Shown: in pieces, positions 62,311-64,000 of the stretch
Position numbering within the stretch: the stretch's first letter is position 1
Layout of the letters: every line of letters starts with the position of its first letter
NCBI RefSeq assembly: GCF_006345805.1
Contig: NC_042997.1
Location: 174,096,001-174,160,000, forward strand
DNA length: 64,000 bases
From: Octopus sinensis
Taxonomy: Eukaryota
Reading direction: 5' to 3'
Program-made: the position numbers and the translations under genes
Notes under the pieces: model-generated
Told to the model about the DNA's origin: nothing
Seen by the model: only the letters and a program-made list of their open reading frames with translations
Databases searched by the model: none

Positions 62311-63606
62311 CCGCCTTCCAGTTTCACTTTTCCTTAAGAAAAAAATTTGCCATACCACACACTATGCTAGGCAATTCTCATTATTTTCCTATTGCATCAG
62401 ATATTACCAAAATTTTTTCCACGGTTAATTTGTATTATTTTTTACAACGATGCAACTTTAAAAAATTCTATAAATCAATTCATACCATTGGGTTGTATTT
62501 TTTTATATATTTTTTAAAACTTGCAAGTTCTTCTCCAATCGAAAAAATGATATAGACGTTGACATTTGTGTCATTTATTTTATTACATTTAATAAATAAT
62601 CTTCTTGAATTATTTATTATTGCTGTTGTTATTTCTGGAATTATTCCCATTCTCAATTTCATTTTTTTAAATAATTTTTGTCGCTATTTATTTGTATATT
62701 TATTTATTTATTTTTCTCAGGGGAACAATTAGGAACAGGGACCACATTATTATATATATTTATATATACAGAGAGAGAGAGAGAGGGGGGAGGAGGAAGA
62801 GAGAGAGAGAGAGACAGTAAGATAGAAAGAGACATGCATACCCACACACATAGACACATATACATGCATATATACACATAGGTATATATATGTGTATGTG
62901 TGCATACTTGTGTGTGTGCATATGTGAATGGGTGCATTTATATACAGCTAACAGTGATTGGGGTAAAATGAGGGGAAGGAAGCCGAGGAGGAAAGAATTT
63001 GTGTGTACTATTTTATTTTATTTGTATATTTGTTTAATTTAGCTGTCGTCTGCCCCCCTCCCCTTTGCAATGACAGCAAACATATTTACAATTGCGCCAG
63101 ATTAGAGTGGTTTGAGACGAAAAGAAAGAAAAAAATCACACGCACACACCTCACCAAATCCAGGCACTTTGATTGACAGTTTTTAACTTGACGTAAAACT
63201 ATTAGGGCCAAATTCTTCTGGCATCGCACCTGCTACTGTTCCATGGATAAGAGAGCTGAAGAATGATAAAAAGAAAAAGAATAAGAAGAATCACTAAAAA
63301 AAAAAAAAGAATATAGATTCTCTAGGAAGACGACGAAAATGAAGAAAACGATAAAAATGAAGAAATATTAGAAAAAAAGTATAAGAAAGACGTCTAAATG
63401 AAATAAAATAAAAGACAAATATCAAATACAAAAATGCAAAAAAAATGGGATTTGTCTTAAAGTGCATATAAAACTCACAAATGAATTCGCCAGAAGTTAG
63501 GACAGAGCCACAGAGTTACACCACATAAAAAAAACGGGTAGGCATGTTGTTTGTGTATATACGTACGTATGCAAGTATACACACATGCATATACATCTGC
63601 ATACAC

Positions 63607-63674
<68 letters not shown>

Positions 63675-64000
63675 TATGTATATATGCATGTATATGTGTG
63701 TGCGAGTGTGTGTCTAATAAAAATTATATATATACCTACACATACATACGCACACACACACATATATATACATACACATTTAATGTTGTGGGGGTGGTTA
63801 CTTTGCTTTTCTTGTTGTTATTGTTGTTATTATTATCCAAAGAGCAATAGGTGTTACCTAAGGGCGTAGGGTGTTCGTTTTCAATATTTAAATTCTGTAA
63901 CGCACCTGAGATAAGATAACAAAAATTATGACAGCAAATCAAATTGAAAATTAAAAAAAAAAATTGTAGCAATTAAATATGAATACTTAAACGCATACAT

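Overview
AT-rich eukaryotic DNA saturated with microsatellites and retroposons. The SINE repertoire (tRNA-head/CORE-like SINEs with an internal (TA)n(TG)n tract, and Nin/Deu-domain SINEs) points to a coleoid cephalopod, probably Octopus; this is an inference. I found no convincing host protein-coding exon, and almost all short ORFs in the track are microsatellite translations. The main element is a ~6.8-kb Neptune-type Penelope-like retroelement (48073-54840). It has a frameshifted RT + GIY-YIG ORF, an inverted pseudo-LTR at its 5' end, and three copies of a minimal type I hammerhead ribozyme whose stem-III segment is self-complementary, the dimer-type architecture. Other coding relics: a nearly ORF2-complete CR1-clade LINE (10392-13434), a second CR1, an RTE with a 12-bp TSD, a Poseidon-type Penelope RT, an R4/Dong-like RT, a Tx1/L1-clade LINE in (GATA)n, a triple-C2H2 relic, and several mariner-derived MITEs. 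Further observations: a solitary hammerhead-like fold with a long stem II at 16080-16169, LINE-SINE shared 3' tails for two LINE clades, and several long fold-back palindromes. Hammerheads in Penelope-like elements are a known phenomenon; this family and the solitary motif are the best candidates for something undescribed.
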